A stretch of 35,381 bases of DNA from an uncultured Fusibacter sp. (GCA_937958285.1 CALFXQ010000355.1:1-35381); one strand, 5' to 3'; counted from the first letter of the stretch, positions 1 through 8,681 are shown. The notes: a model not told the origin generated them from the sequence alone. Numbers and translations are program-made.

Positions 1-236
1 CAAGTCGTGAAGCGAAGAGCTTGCCACTTGCAGCCATTAAACGCCTTGGATCAGATGCCTTTGCATATTACGTCGAAGATAAAACAGCAAAGCGTGTTGC
101 TTTAGAGCTAGGCACCATTAAAGGTGAAACCGTCGAGATCATTTCTGGACTAGAAGAGTTTTCGCCAGAAGTTCAATGGATTTTAAAAGGCGTTGACGAT
201 TTGCAAGACGGCGCATCTGTAAATGTGGTAAAGTAA
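1..236 (+). CDS. Efflux RND/ABC periplasmic adaptor (membrane fusion protein), C-terminal fragment; gene starts upstream of the window
   Basis: The frame is open from base 3. LPLAAI..AYYVED..AKRVALELG....VEIISGL....WILKG...LQDGASV matches the typical C-terminal membrane-proximal domain of HlyD/MFP proteins. Confidence 0.75.
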   Translation, partial: SREAKSLPLAAIKRLGSDAFAYYVEDKTAKRVALELGTIKGETVEIISGLEEFSPEVQWILKGVDDLQDGASVNVVK

Positions 237-303
237 AAATAAAAGCAGAGTTAAAGGCCGATTTGGGTATATCTTAAGAGTGACCAATTGAGCGGAGGTG
301 CTT

Positions 304-705
304 ATGCAAGCTATCAAACTATATGGAATCGCTTTTGCAGTGTTCGTTGTGGTCGACTTAGTTTGGCTCGCTGCAATTGCTAAGAACCTCTATCAAAAGG
401 AGCTAGGTTACATCTTGGCCAAGTCCCCTAATTGGACGGCGGCTATCGTATTTTATCTCTTGTACTTAGTGGGTCTTGTGTACTTTGTGATCTATCCGGC
501 TGTTGTGGCAAAAGATTGGACTTTGGCTCTTAAAAATGGCGTATTCTTTGGATTTATCACCTATGCGACCTACGATTTAACCAATCTAGCGACCCTCAAA
601 GATTGGCCACTTAAAATCACCATAATCGATTTGATTTGGGGCTCCTTCTTAGGGGGCACCATCTCCACAGTCACCTTCTGGATTAATCAATTGACGACAA
701 AATAG
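304..705 (+). CDS. DUF2177 family membrane protein
   Basis: GGAGGTG RBS precedes ATG 304. Motifs DLVWL, AAIVFY, YATYDLTNLATLKDWP and IDLIWG are characteristic of DUF2177. Confidence 0.85.
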   Translation: MQAIKLYGIAFAVFVVVDLVWLAAIAKNLYQKELGYILAKSPNWTAAIVFYLLYLVGLVYFVIYPAVVAKDWTLALKNGVFFGFITYATYDLTNLATLKDWPLKITIIDLIWGSFLGGTISTVTFWINQLTTK

Positions 706-719
706 AGATTGGAGAGACT

Positions 720-2465
720 ATGACACGCATTTCAGGGTACGAAATTTACGACTCAATCACAGCAGGCGCACAAAAGCTCATTCATCAACAGGCCACCTTA
801 AATGCAATCAACGTTTTTCCGGTCGCAGATGGCGATACTGGCAGTAATTTAGCCTATACTATGAAGTGCATTTTAGCTGGTGCCAAGCGAACGGACCATG
901 CGGGCGAGGCCCTTAGTGCTATTTCAAATGTGGCACTCGAAGATGCCTATGGCAATTCGGGGGCAATATTTGCAAGCTACCTCTATGGGCTCTCTCGTGA
1001 GGCAACTTCAAAAGAGTCATTGACACTTGCAGAGTTTAGCGAGATGGCATACCGGGCCGTCAATTATGCTTATGATGCACTTGCCAAGCCAACAGAGGGC
1101 ACAATCTTGACGGTGATGAAGGTTTGGGGGACTTATTTAAAGTCTCATCATGCGAACCATCAGTCCTTGGGGAGTTTGATGAACGAGGCGGCCATAGAGG
1201 CGAAGAAGGCATTAGAGCACACCAAGCATCAGCTCAAGGTCTTGACCGATGCCGATGTGGTAGATGCTGGGGCTCTGGGGTTTGTTTACTTTCTTGAGGG
1301 CATGCGAGACTTTTTACAAGATGGCATTGTATCGATGGTACAATCCCTTCAATCTAACCAAACGAAGAAACCTTACATTGAGCATACGGAATCTGAGCAT
1401 CGCTATTGTACGGAGTTCGTCTTTGAACCTTCGGCAGACTTCGACAAACAGCGTCTTTTCCAGTCGTTAAAAAAGACCGATGACGCTGTGATTGTTCAGC
1501 GCATCGGAGAGTTTGTAAAAGTGCATACCCATACCAATAAACCTGAGCTTGCACATCAGGTGGTGCGTAGCCATGGCATGGTGGTAAAGTCGAAGGTCGA
1601 CGATATGCATTTTCAGATTGGCCTCCAAAAGGTTGCGAAGCGGCCTATAGGCATCGTAACGGATTCAATCGCTTCTTTGTCTAAGGAAATGTTGGATTCT
1701 GGTTTGATTTTTCAAATTCCCTTGCAGCTAATTATCGAGGGCAATACCTATACAGATCAGCTTACCCTTAGCAATAAGGGCTTATTCGACTTATTAGATA
1801 AGACAAAAAAGGCGGCAACGTCTGCCCAACCTGGCGAACGGGCTATCGAGAGAAATCTCAGTTTGATGCTGGAGCATTTTGACCATGTAATTGGCATATT
1901 CGTGTCTTCGGAAATGAGCGGTATGTTTCAAAAGGTAATTGCGGCCAGTCGTCAGCTCGACTTGAATCGATTGAGCTTTATCGACTCAAAAACCAATTCT
2001 GCAGCTGAGGGCTTGATGGTCCACACTGCCTTCGAAGGTGTTCTTAAGGGTGAAAGCCCCATAACTATAGTCAATCAACTCAAATCCCAACTGAATCGCT
2101 ATCGCATTTTTGTAGAAATTCCCGATTTGCACTACGCCACACTTAGCGGCCGTGTACCAAAGGTGGTGGGAATTATCGCCGGCGCCTTTAAATTGAAGGC
2201 CATTATTTCAGTGGACGAAAACGGAAAAGGTTCAGTCACGCGCGAAAGATCCTTAATGAAGAAGGCCCAGTCTCTTGCCAATGCTGGGAAGTCCATTAAA
2301 TATGGCGTGGTGTTTACTGGCGAACAAGAGGATTTTAAAGAGCGAATTGGAGAACTAAGCGCTATTTTTGGTTCAGAACCTGTTTTAGTGGCTGAGGCTT
2401 CGACCATTGTGTCTGCCTTTATAGGCAAAGGCGCTTTGGGTTTTGCCGTGCTCACTGAAGCTTAG
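720..2465 (+). CDS. DAK2 (FakA-like fatty acid kinase) - DegV (FakB-like) fusion protein
   Basis: N-terminal NVFPVADGDTGSN, GNSG, PTEGTILTV and VVDAGA (DAK2/FakA); middle YCTE and KVHTH; C-terminal IVTDS, TSAQP, SSEMSG, DSK and SGRV (DegV). Confidence 0.88.
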   Translation: MTRISGYEIYDSITAGAQKLIHQQATLNAINVFPVADGDTGSNLAYTMKCILAGAKRTDHAGEALSAISNVALEDAYGNSGAIFASYLYGLSREATSKESLTLAEFSEMAYRAVNYAYDALAKPTEGTILTVMKVWGTYLKSHHANHQSLGSLMNEAAIEAKKALEHTKHQLKVLTDADVVDAGALGFVYFLEGMRDFLQDGIVSMVQSLQSNQTKKPYIEHTESEHRYCTEFVFEPSADFDKQRLFQSLKKTDDAVIVQRIGEFVKVHTHTNKPELAHQVVRSHGMVVKSKVDDMHFQIGLQKVAKRPIGIVTDSIASLSKEMLDSGLIFQIPLQLIIEGNTYTDQLTLSNKGLFDLLDKTKKAATSAQPGERAIERNLSLMLEHFDHVIGIFVSSEMSGMFQKVIAASRQLDLNRLSFIDSKTNSAAEGLMVHTAFEGVLKGESPITIVNQLKSQLNRYRIFVEIPDLHYATLSGRVPKVVGIIAGAFKLKAIISVDENGKGSVTRERSLMKKAQSLANAGKSIKYGVVFTGEQEDFKERIGELSAIFGSEPVLVAEASTIVSAFIGKGALGFAVLTEA

Positions 2466-2475
2466 GAGGTTAGCT

Positions 2476-3222
2476 ATGATTCCATATTTCACCGCAATTG
2501 CCACCCTAGCCATTTACTTTACCATATTTTTTGTCATTGCTCAGATTAAGCGGGACAATTCCATAGTAGATATGGCTTGGGGTCCGGGTTTTGCTATTGT
2601 GAGTATTGCAGTAGATTTGGTCTCTGGTTTGCCCTCGATTCTGATTCTATTAATCTCAATTTGGGCCCTTCGCTTAGTGTCACATATTGCCAATCGCAAC
2701 TTAAAAAAACCCGAGGACTTCCGCTATCAAGAAATGCGCAAAGGTTGGGGTGAACACCAAATGCTAAATGCCTTTTTTAAGGTCTTTATGCTACAGGGTG
2801 TACTGCTCTTTATCGTGGTATTCTCGGCCATAAGCGCCGGTGAAGTACGCCTTAATGCAACGCTTACGTATATTGGCATGGGTATTTTTATATTTGGCCT
2901 TGTCTTTGAATCCATTGGTGACGAGCAACTTCGAAGATTTGTTCGCACTAAAAAACCAGGCGAGGTGATGACGACTGGACTTTGGCGCTATACAAGGCAT
3001 CCCAATTACTTTGGTGAAGCCACCCTCTGGTGGGGCATCTACCTAATTGCCCTCGCCTATGGCGCACCCTGGTGGACTGTATTTTCCCCACTTACCATCA
3101 CCATTTTGGTGCGCTACATCTCGGGCGTGCCCTTACTAGAGAAAAAATACGAGAACAACCCGGCATTTGAGGCTTACAAGGCCAAAACCTCGGTGTTTAT
3201 TCCTCTACCACCTAAACGCTAA
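2476..3222 (+). CDS. DUF1295 family membrane protein (steroid 5-alpha-reductase-like)
   Basis: AGGAGGT RBS precedes ATG 2476. Motifs DNSIVDMAWG, EDFRY, ESIGDEQL, GLWRYTRHPNYFGE and SGVPLLE. Confidence 0.88.
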   Translation: MIPYFTAIATLAIYFTIFFVIAQIKRDNSIVDMAWGPGFAIVSIAVDLVSGLPSILILLISIWALRLVSHIANRNLKKPEDFRYQEMRKGWGEHQMLNAFFKVFMLQGVLLFIVVFSAISAGEVRLNATLTYIGMGIFIFGLVFESIGDEQLRRFVRTKKPGEVMTTGLWRYTRHPNYFGEATLWWGIYLIALAYGAPWWTVFSPLTITILVRYISGVPLLEKKYENNPAFEAYKAKTSVFIPLPPKR

Positions 3223-3225
3223 CAA

Positions 3226-3334
3226 AAGAGAGACCCGTCACCGACGGGTCTCTCTTAGTATTAGTAAGAGACCGGTTCACTAACCGGGTCTCTTTTAGTA
3301 ACATATAGAGACCCGGTTAGTGAACCGGTCTCTT
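3226..3334. repeat. Cluster of three GAGACC...GGTCTC palindromes (REP/BIME-like), probably also a bidirectional terminator
   Basis: 3226-3256 is a perfect 14-bp inverted repeat. 3266-3293 and 3307-3334 are exact 28-bp inverted copies of each other, and each is itself a hairpin. The cluster lies between convergent genes. Confidence 0.85.
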
Positions 3335-3336
3335 TA

Positions 3337-4479
3337 TTATTTAAGAAAGAGGTAAAGGGCGTGTACGAGCTTGGTTAAAAAAGAAAAGTTGATGTGCTCA
3401 ATGGTATCGGCGGGCGTGTGATACAGATTCGAGCGAAAGTTTGCCGTATCGCTTATAAAGATAGCGGGAATGCCCTTTCTCCAAAAGGGAGCGTGATCAG
3501 ATCTTAAAGTATCAGGTGCTACTTCTTTGATAGATTCGTAAGGCAATGGTAGCTTTAAGGCGATGTGCGGAAAGTCAGTACCCGCTGTAGAGCAGTGACC
3601 GTGGAGTTCATTTAGCCAATGGTGAGTGTTTACACTTCCCATAAAGGCAAGATAGTTGCCACTATTTTGATCTTTTGTGGCTTGGTACGAGGAAAGGAAG
3701 TTCTCAAGACCTTGCAAAGGAATCGCTTCATAGACCTTTCTCTCATCGTCAACCCATCCTAGACAATCCATTACAAGCGCGCGGCCAATTACCGCGTGCA
3801 TAGCCTCAACAAAATGGTGGCTACCCACTGTGTAATTGGGTTTTCCAGTTGGAGAAACAGCTGAAAACTCCTTGTGAACCTCCCCTAAAATCGACAAATA
3901 TTGCAGTTCCTTCGCACCTAGAGTCTGAGACTCAGAAAAACGCTGCAGTCTCTCGGAGTAAGTACCAGAAGGATTTTGCTTCAAGAAATTTTGAAGGTCG
4001 GCTGTGGTTTCCACAAGAGAAGCACTGACAAGTGTACCATGTGCATCGATAATTTCATGCTCAAAAAGCAAACGATGACGTTTTTCATAATAGCCAGGAT
4101 GTCCTTCCTCAAGGGTGAAGAATACAAATCCAATATTTGGTTTATCATGTTGAATAGAGATAAGTCGCGCGAGTTCAATGGAGACAGCGACTGCAGAAAG
4201 ATTGTCGTTTGCACCCGGTGAATGGGGAACGGTATCGTAGTGAGAACCAATTATTGTCATATCGGGTTTAACTTCACCCCAGTAGGCGAAGATATTTCTA
4301 TAAGGTCTCTGATCGCCGTAGACGTAAAATTCCTGATCCTCAACGGTAAGGCCAAAGGACTCCAAGGTATCGCGAAGACGATTAGCGCATTGGTTTAAGG
4401 CATCGTAGTTAAAATGTGGATGCTTTGGACCGACAAGGGTTTTTATGGTTTGATATAGGTATTCTTTTATGTTATTCAT
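3337..4479 (-). CDS. M28 family metallopeptidase
   Basis: GSHYD, GANDNLS, TLEE, MDCLG, RSDHAPFW and YHTPAD zinc-ligand motifs. Confidence 0.88.
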   Translation of the reverse strand: MNNIKEYLYQTIKTLVGPKHPHFNYDALNQCANRLRDTLESFGLTVEDQEFYVYGDQRPYRNIFAYWGEVKPDMTIIGSHYDTVPHSPGANDNLSAVAVSIELARLISIQHDKPNIGFVFFTLEEGHPGYYEKRHRLLFEHEIIDAHGTLVSASLVETTADLQNFLKQNPSGTYSERLQRFSESQTLGAKELQYLSILGEVHKEFSAVSPTGKPNYTVGSHHFVEAMHAVIGRALVMDCLGWVDDERKVYEAIPLQGLENFLSSYQATKDQNSGNYLAFMGSVNTHHWLNELHGHCSTAGTDFPHIALKLPLPYESIKEVAPDTLRSDHAPFWRKGIPAIFISDTANFRSNLYHTPADTIEHINFSFLTKLVHALYLFLK

Positions 4480-4588
4480 AAGTGTCTCCTTCTACTTTGT
4501 GTTGAGTTGTGTTTGGTTGATGACATAAGCATATATTAAATGGGTATAGATTACAAAAGTCAAAGGGTGCACTTGTGACGATTAAATC

Positions 4589-4608
4589 GACACTTTCTAC
4601 AAAGTGTC
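4589..4608. promoter_or_regulatory. Putative TetR operator (GACACTTT-N4-AAAGTGTC)
   Basis: Perfect 8-bp inverted repeat in the divergent gap between the M28 and TetR genes. Confidence 0.5.
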
Positions 4609-4662
4609 TAGTAAGACTTAAAAAACCCAAATAGCGAGAATTGTCAAAGGAGTAACGTTTGA

Positions 4663-5247
4663 ATGACATACGATACTAATAATAAACGAAATGCGCGTAC
4701 ACTAAAAGTACTCCAACAAGCGATGCTCACCTTAATGAGTGACCAGTCCTACGAGACGATAAAAGCCGTCGATATATGCCGCGTAGCAATGGTGCATCGC
4801 ACGACATTCTACTTGCATTTTGAAGACAAAGAGCACTTACTTAACGAGTGTGTACATCAGGTTAAAAGCCAATTAGAGGCGGAAATAGTGATGAGTGAGT
4901 TGACTCAAACACCATCGGGATATTATGCAGAGCTTTTGAGACTTTTGGTCAAATATTTAGATGCACATCCAAACCTGCAGGCGGGACTTGTTTTGTTGCC
5001 CGAAAATCAAATATTCTGGCTCAAATTTCAAGCGCTTATTGCTCACGATGTTAAACAGCGCATGCAGCACTTTGCACAGAATGGATACAACTACCATGTA
5101 CATCTCGACATCAATTCACAGTTCTTCACTAACGGCATTATAGGAACGCTTTTGTGGTGGTTACGGCACAGTCGACCCATTGAAGCCTCACTTTTTTATG
5201 AGCAGATTACCTCGCTGATGGATCCACGCAATGTACTCAGTAGATAA
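4663..5247 (+). CDS. TetR/AcrR family transcriptional regulator
   Basis: N-terminal HTH RTLKVLQQAM...DICRVAMVHRTTFYLHFEDK; AAGGAG RBS. Confidence 0.9.
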   Translation: MTYDTNNKRNARTLKVLQQAMLTLMSDQSYETIKAVDICRVAMVHRTTFYLHFEDKEHLLNECVHQVKSQLEAEIVMSELTQTPSGYYAELLRLLVKYLDAHPNLQAGLVLLPENQIFWLKFQALIAHDVKQRMQHFAQNGYNYHVHLDINSQFFTNGIIGTLLWWLRHSRPIEASLFYEQITSLMDPRNVLSR

Positions 5248-5270
5248 AGTAGATAGCTCAAGTGAGGGGC

Positions 5271-5321
5271 GAGCATAGGTTAGGCAAGAACATAGGTTAG
5301 GCATGAACATAGGTTTAGGTT
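5271..5321 (+). repeat. Three copies of a 17-bp tandem repeat (GARCATAGGTTAGGCAW)
   Basis: gagcataggttaggcaa / gaacataggttaggcat / gaacataggtttaggtt. Confidence 0.85.
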
Positions 5322-5335
5322 AATTGTTCTTTGCG

Positions 5336-5364
5336 TTGCATTTATGTGAAATTGTGGGTATAAT
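5336..5364 (+). promoter_or_regulatory. SigA-type promoter of the pullulanase gene
   Basis: TTGCAT-17 bp-TATAAT. Confidence 0.75.
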
Positions 5365-5377
5365 ACCTATAAGACAA

Positions 5378-5397
5378 TTGTGCAAACGGTTGCACAA
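5378..5397. promoter_or_regulatory. LacI-family (MalR-like) operator
   Basis: TTGTGCAAACGGTTGCACAA is a near-perfect palindrome with a GCAAACG core and central CG, just downstream of the predicted +1. Confidence 0.75.
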
Positions 5398-5417
5398 CGT
5401 AAAATAGGGGGGTAAGC

Positions 5418-8400
5418 ATGGCATTCCATTATGGGAATACAGACATGAATACAGACAAGAATGCAGACATGAATACAGACAAAACCAAGGCGCCTCAAAA
5501 AAGTAAGAGACGATGGTTGAGCCTTGCTTTAGTTATGCTGCTTGTTTTTAGCTCAATACCGCTAACATTTGGTCAGAATTTACAAGAGGGTCAAAAGCTA
5601 ATCATTCACTATCAGCGAACGGCTAAGGATTATGAGGGTTGGGAACTTTGGCTGTGGCAAGAGGGTCAAGAAGGTAAGGGGATCCCTTTTACTGGTGAAG
5701 ACACTTATGGAAAGTACCTTGTGGTCGAGAATTTGCAGGCGGCCAAACATGGGTTTATCGTGAGAAAGGGCAACTGGGAAGCCAAAGATGTAGGCTTAGA
5801 TCGCTTCTTAGATTTAAGTGCACTCAATCAAAAGGGCGTTACAGAGGTATGGCTTACTCAAGATCAAGAGGCCATTGTCACGAAAGCACCCAAAGGCGCG
5901 GTACCCTTGGGCACAGAAGCCGTTGGCGGGAATGCTTCAGGTGGAACGAATGTGACTCAGGCCGCCCAAAAAGACAGCGATTCTGTGAGTGTGGTGGTGC
6001 ATTATCGAAGATTTGACAATGCCTACGAGGGTTGGAATCTGTGGATGTGGCCAAAGACAAAAGAGGGAAAGAGCTACAATTTTACAGGGGCAGATGCATT
6101 TGGCCAAGTGGCTGAGGTGCCGTTTACTGGCATGAAGGGCATTGAAGAAATTGGGCTGATTGTGCGTAAAGGTGAGTGGGAAGCCAAAGATACCGACGCA
6201 GACCGCTTTATTTCTGTGGCGAAGACAGGGGCTGATGGTAAACTTCACGTGTATATTGTGCAGGGAACAGAACCCTTGTATTACGATGTGAAGGATATCG
6301 ATTTGTCACCGCGATTTATAAAGGCAGTGCTTATCGATGAAAAAGCGGTGAAGTTGTCTACATCGATGCCCGTGAAAAAAGCGGATATACGCGCCCAGTT
6401 TTCCATTGTGGGCGAGACAGGACATAAACTTACACCCTCTGGCGTTAGCGCATCTGGCGATATTGCCACCGAGTTTGTAATCACCTTTAAAGAAGCGGTG
6501 CGCATGGGGGAGGCCTATCAAACCCAGTTTAATGCCTATAAGCCCGTGCTGTTAGACGCATCTGGGCTATACGATACACAAGCCTTTGAAAGTGCCTACG
6601 GTTACGACGGACCACTAGGCGCAGCATATACAAAGGCAAACACGACCTTTAGAGTGTGGTCTCCTGTAGCGGCTGCAATGACGGTAAAGCTGTATCACGA
6701 AGGCCATGGTGGCACTGCATATCAATCCGTTCCCATGACACTTAAGGAAAAGGGGCTGTGGGAAGCCACTGTGGGGGGAGATCTTTCCGCAAAATACTAC
6801 ACCTACACCATCACCTATTCAAGCGCAGCAGGCGCTGAGCCGATAAGCAAGGAAACCTATGACCCCTATGCCCTATCTGCGGGGGTTAATGGGGACCGTT
6901 CGATGGTGGTAGACCTAGAGGCGCTAAAACCCGATGACTTTGGTAAAAGCACCCTTCCAGCCGTTAAAAAAGCCAATGACATAATCGTTTATGAAATGCA
7001 TATTCGAGATCTTACAAATCACGAAAGCTCAGGCGCAAATAATAAAGGCAAATACCTAGGCGTAATCGAGCCTGGAACAACCTATAACGACGTTTCTACT
7101 GGCCTCGATCACCTTAAAGCCCTAGGCATAACGCATGTGCAAATACTCCCCATGTACGACTACAACTCCATCGACGAGACCCGTCTCGAAGACAACGCCT
7201 TTAACTGGGGCTACGACCCAAAAAACTATAGCGTACCCGAAGGCTCATACGCCACAAATCCCTTTGATGGCCGCGTGCGCGTCAAGGAGCTACGCCAAAT
7301 GGTAGAGGGCTTGCATCAGTCTGGCATTGGCGTGATTATGGATGTGGTTTACAACCACACGGCTTTAAGTGCAGATTCCAATTTAGATATCTTGATGCCC
7401 GGATATTATTATCGCATGGTCGATGGCAAGTTCTCAAATGGCTCGGGCACGGGCAACGAGACCGCCAGCGAACGGGTGATGGTGAGAAAGCTTATGGTGG
7501 ACTCGCTCAAGCACTGGGTCCAAACCTATAATATCGATGGCTTTCGCTTCGACCTAATGGGCGTGCACGACACAGAGACCATGACCATTATCGAGAGAGA
7601 ATTGAGAAGCATTAAGCCAGATATCGTCATTTACGGCGAAGGATGGACCGGTGGTGGCACAGCACTTCCAGAAGCCCAGCGCCTTGTAAAGAAGAACATA
7701 TACCAAGTACCAGGCATTGGCGCATTTAACGACGACTTTAGAGATGCCATTAAGGGTCATGTTTTTGAACCAGAAGGCAAGGGCTTTATAGCGGGGGCAC
7801 TGGGCTTTATCGAGAGCTTAAAATTTGGCTTTGTTGGGGCCGGTGAACATCCTCAAATCAAGTACAGTCAAATCAACTATTCTAAGCGCGCCTGGACGCA
7901 AAATCCATCTCAGTCAGTCAACTACGTGTCTGCACACGACAATCTCACCCTTTGGGATAAAATCGCGGTGGCATCGCCTGAAGCCACAGAAGAACAGCGC
8001 CTAAAGATGCACCGCCTTGCAAATGCCATGGTGCTCACCTCACAAGGGATGCCCTTTTTACACGCAGGTGTAGAAATGCAGCGCACTAAAGAGGGCGATC
8101 ACAATAGTTATAAATCGCCAGATAGCATTAACAACATCCAGTGGCAGTGGAAAGTCGACCATGCAGATACCTTTGCATATTATCAAGGACTAATTGCCCT
8201 CAGAAAAGCCTATCCTCAACTACGTCTAGAAACTCAAGAAGACGTGGCCACACGGGTACAGTTTTTCGACCACACAGAGGCAAGTGCCATAAAACTCCCA
8301 GAAAGCGAAACGCTAATAGGCATGCGCATTGTACCGCGTATGGAGACAGAAGCAAGCTCATCAACTGAAGCAAGCTCATCCACTGTACAAGAAACGCTCC

Positions 8401-8681
8401 TGATGTTCTTCAACGGTTCAAGTGAGGATCAAACCATCAACTTGCCTCAAGGACAGTACAAGCTTTTAGTGGATGCCAACATGGCCACCGACAAGTCAGA
8501 AGTTGTAGCATTGGGCGGTGAGATTGTGGTACCAGCCACTTCGGCCTTGATTTTTGCACAGGTACCTGTAGCTGCTGCCGCTTCGACCCCATCGGGCACT
8601 GTGATATTTATCTCTGTTGCTCTTGCCTTGTCACTGCTAGGCGGGGGAACATGGTACTTTTTAAAGCGCTCAAAGAAATAA
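5418..8681 (+). CDS. pulA: Type I pullulanase (GH13) with signal peptide, two CBM41-like domains, CBM48 and a C-terminal membrane anchor
   Basis: Two HYxR...W.LW.W...GFIVR.G.W repeats; TTFRVWSP (CBM48); FNWGYDP, MDVVYNH, DGFRFDLMG, YGEGW and YVSAHDN; hydrophobic tail ending KRSKK. Confidence 0.92.
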   Translation: MAFHYGNTDMNTDKNADMNTDKTKAPQKSKRRWLSLALVMLLVFSSIPLTFGQNLQEGQKLIIHYQRTAKDYEGWELWLWQEGQEGKGIPFTGEDTYGKYLVVENLQAAKHGFIVRKGNWEAKDVGLDRFLDLSALNQKGVTEVWLTQDQEAIVTKAPKGAVPLGTEAVGGNASGGTNVTQAAQKDSDSVSVVVHYRRFDNAYEGWNLWMWPKTKEGKSYNFTGADAFGQVAEVPFTGMKGIEEIGLIVRKGEWEAKDTDADRFISVAKTGADGKLHVYIVQGTEPLYYDVKDIDLSPRFIKAVLIDEKAVKLSTSMPVKKADIRAQFSIVGETGHKLTPSGVSASGDIATEFVITFKEAVRMGEAYQTQFNAYKPVLLDASGLYDTQAFESAYGYDGPLGAAYTKANTTFRVWSPVAAAMTVKLYHEGHGGTAYQSVPMTLKEKGLWEATVGGDLSAKYYTYTITYSSAAGAEPISKETYDPYALSAGVNGDRSMVVDLEALKPDDFGKSTLPAVKKANDIIVYEMHIRDLTNHESSGANNKGKYLGVIEPGTTYNDVSTGLDHLKALGITHVQILPMYDYNSIDETRLEDNAFNWGYDPKNYSVPEGSYATNPFDGRVRVKELRQMVEGLHQSGIGVIMDVVYNHTALSADSNLDILMPGYYYRMVDGKFSNGSGTGNETASERVMVRKLMVDSLKHWVQTYNIDGFRFDLMGVHDTETMTIIERELRSIKPDIVIYGEGWTGGGTALPEAQRLVKKNIYQVPGIGAFNDDFRDAIKGHVFEPEGKGFIAGALGFIESLKFGFVGAGEHPQIKYSQINYSKRAWTQNPSQSVNYVSAHDNLTLWDKIAVASPEATEEQRLKMHRLANAMVLTSQGMPFLHAGVEMQRTKEGDHNSYKSPDSINNIQWQWKVDHADTFAYYQGLIALRKAYPQLRLETQEDVATRVQFFDHTEASAIKLPESETLIGMRIVPRMETEASSSTEASSSTVQETLLMFFNGSSEDQTINLPQGQYKLLVDANMATDKSEVVALGGEIVVPATSALIFAQVPVAAAASTPSGTVIFISVALALSLLGGGTWYFLKRSKK
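5435..5482 (+). repeat. Four copies of a 12-bp in-frame tandem repeat in the pulA N-terminus (NTDM/NTDK)
   Basis: gaatacagacat gaatacagacaa gaatgcagacat gaatacagacaa. Confidence 0.9.

Noticed and set aside
3226..3334. CRISPR array
   Set aside because: The units alternate in orientation, the spacers are only about 9-13 bp, and there are no cas genes.
4472..4669. 65-aa minus-strand ORF
   Set aside because: It spans the divergent promoter and operator region, overlaps both flanking starts, and has no recognisable motif.
5271..5321. CRISPR repeats or replication iterons
   Set aside because: There are no spacers, only three degenerate units, and no rep or cas gene nearby.
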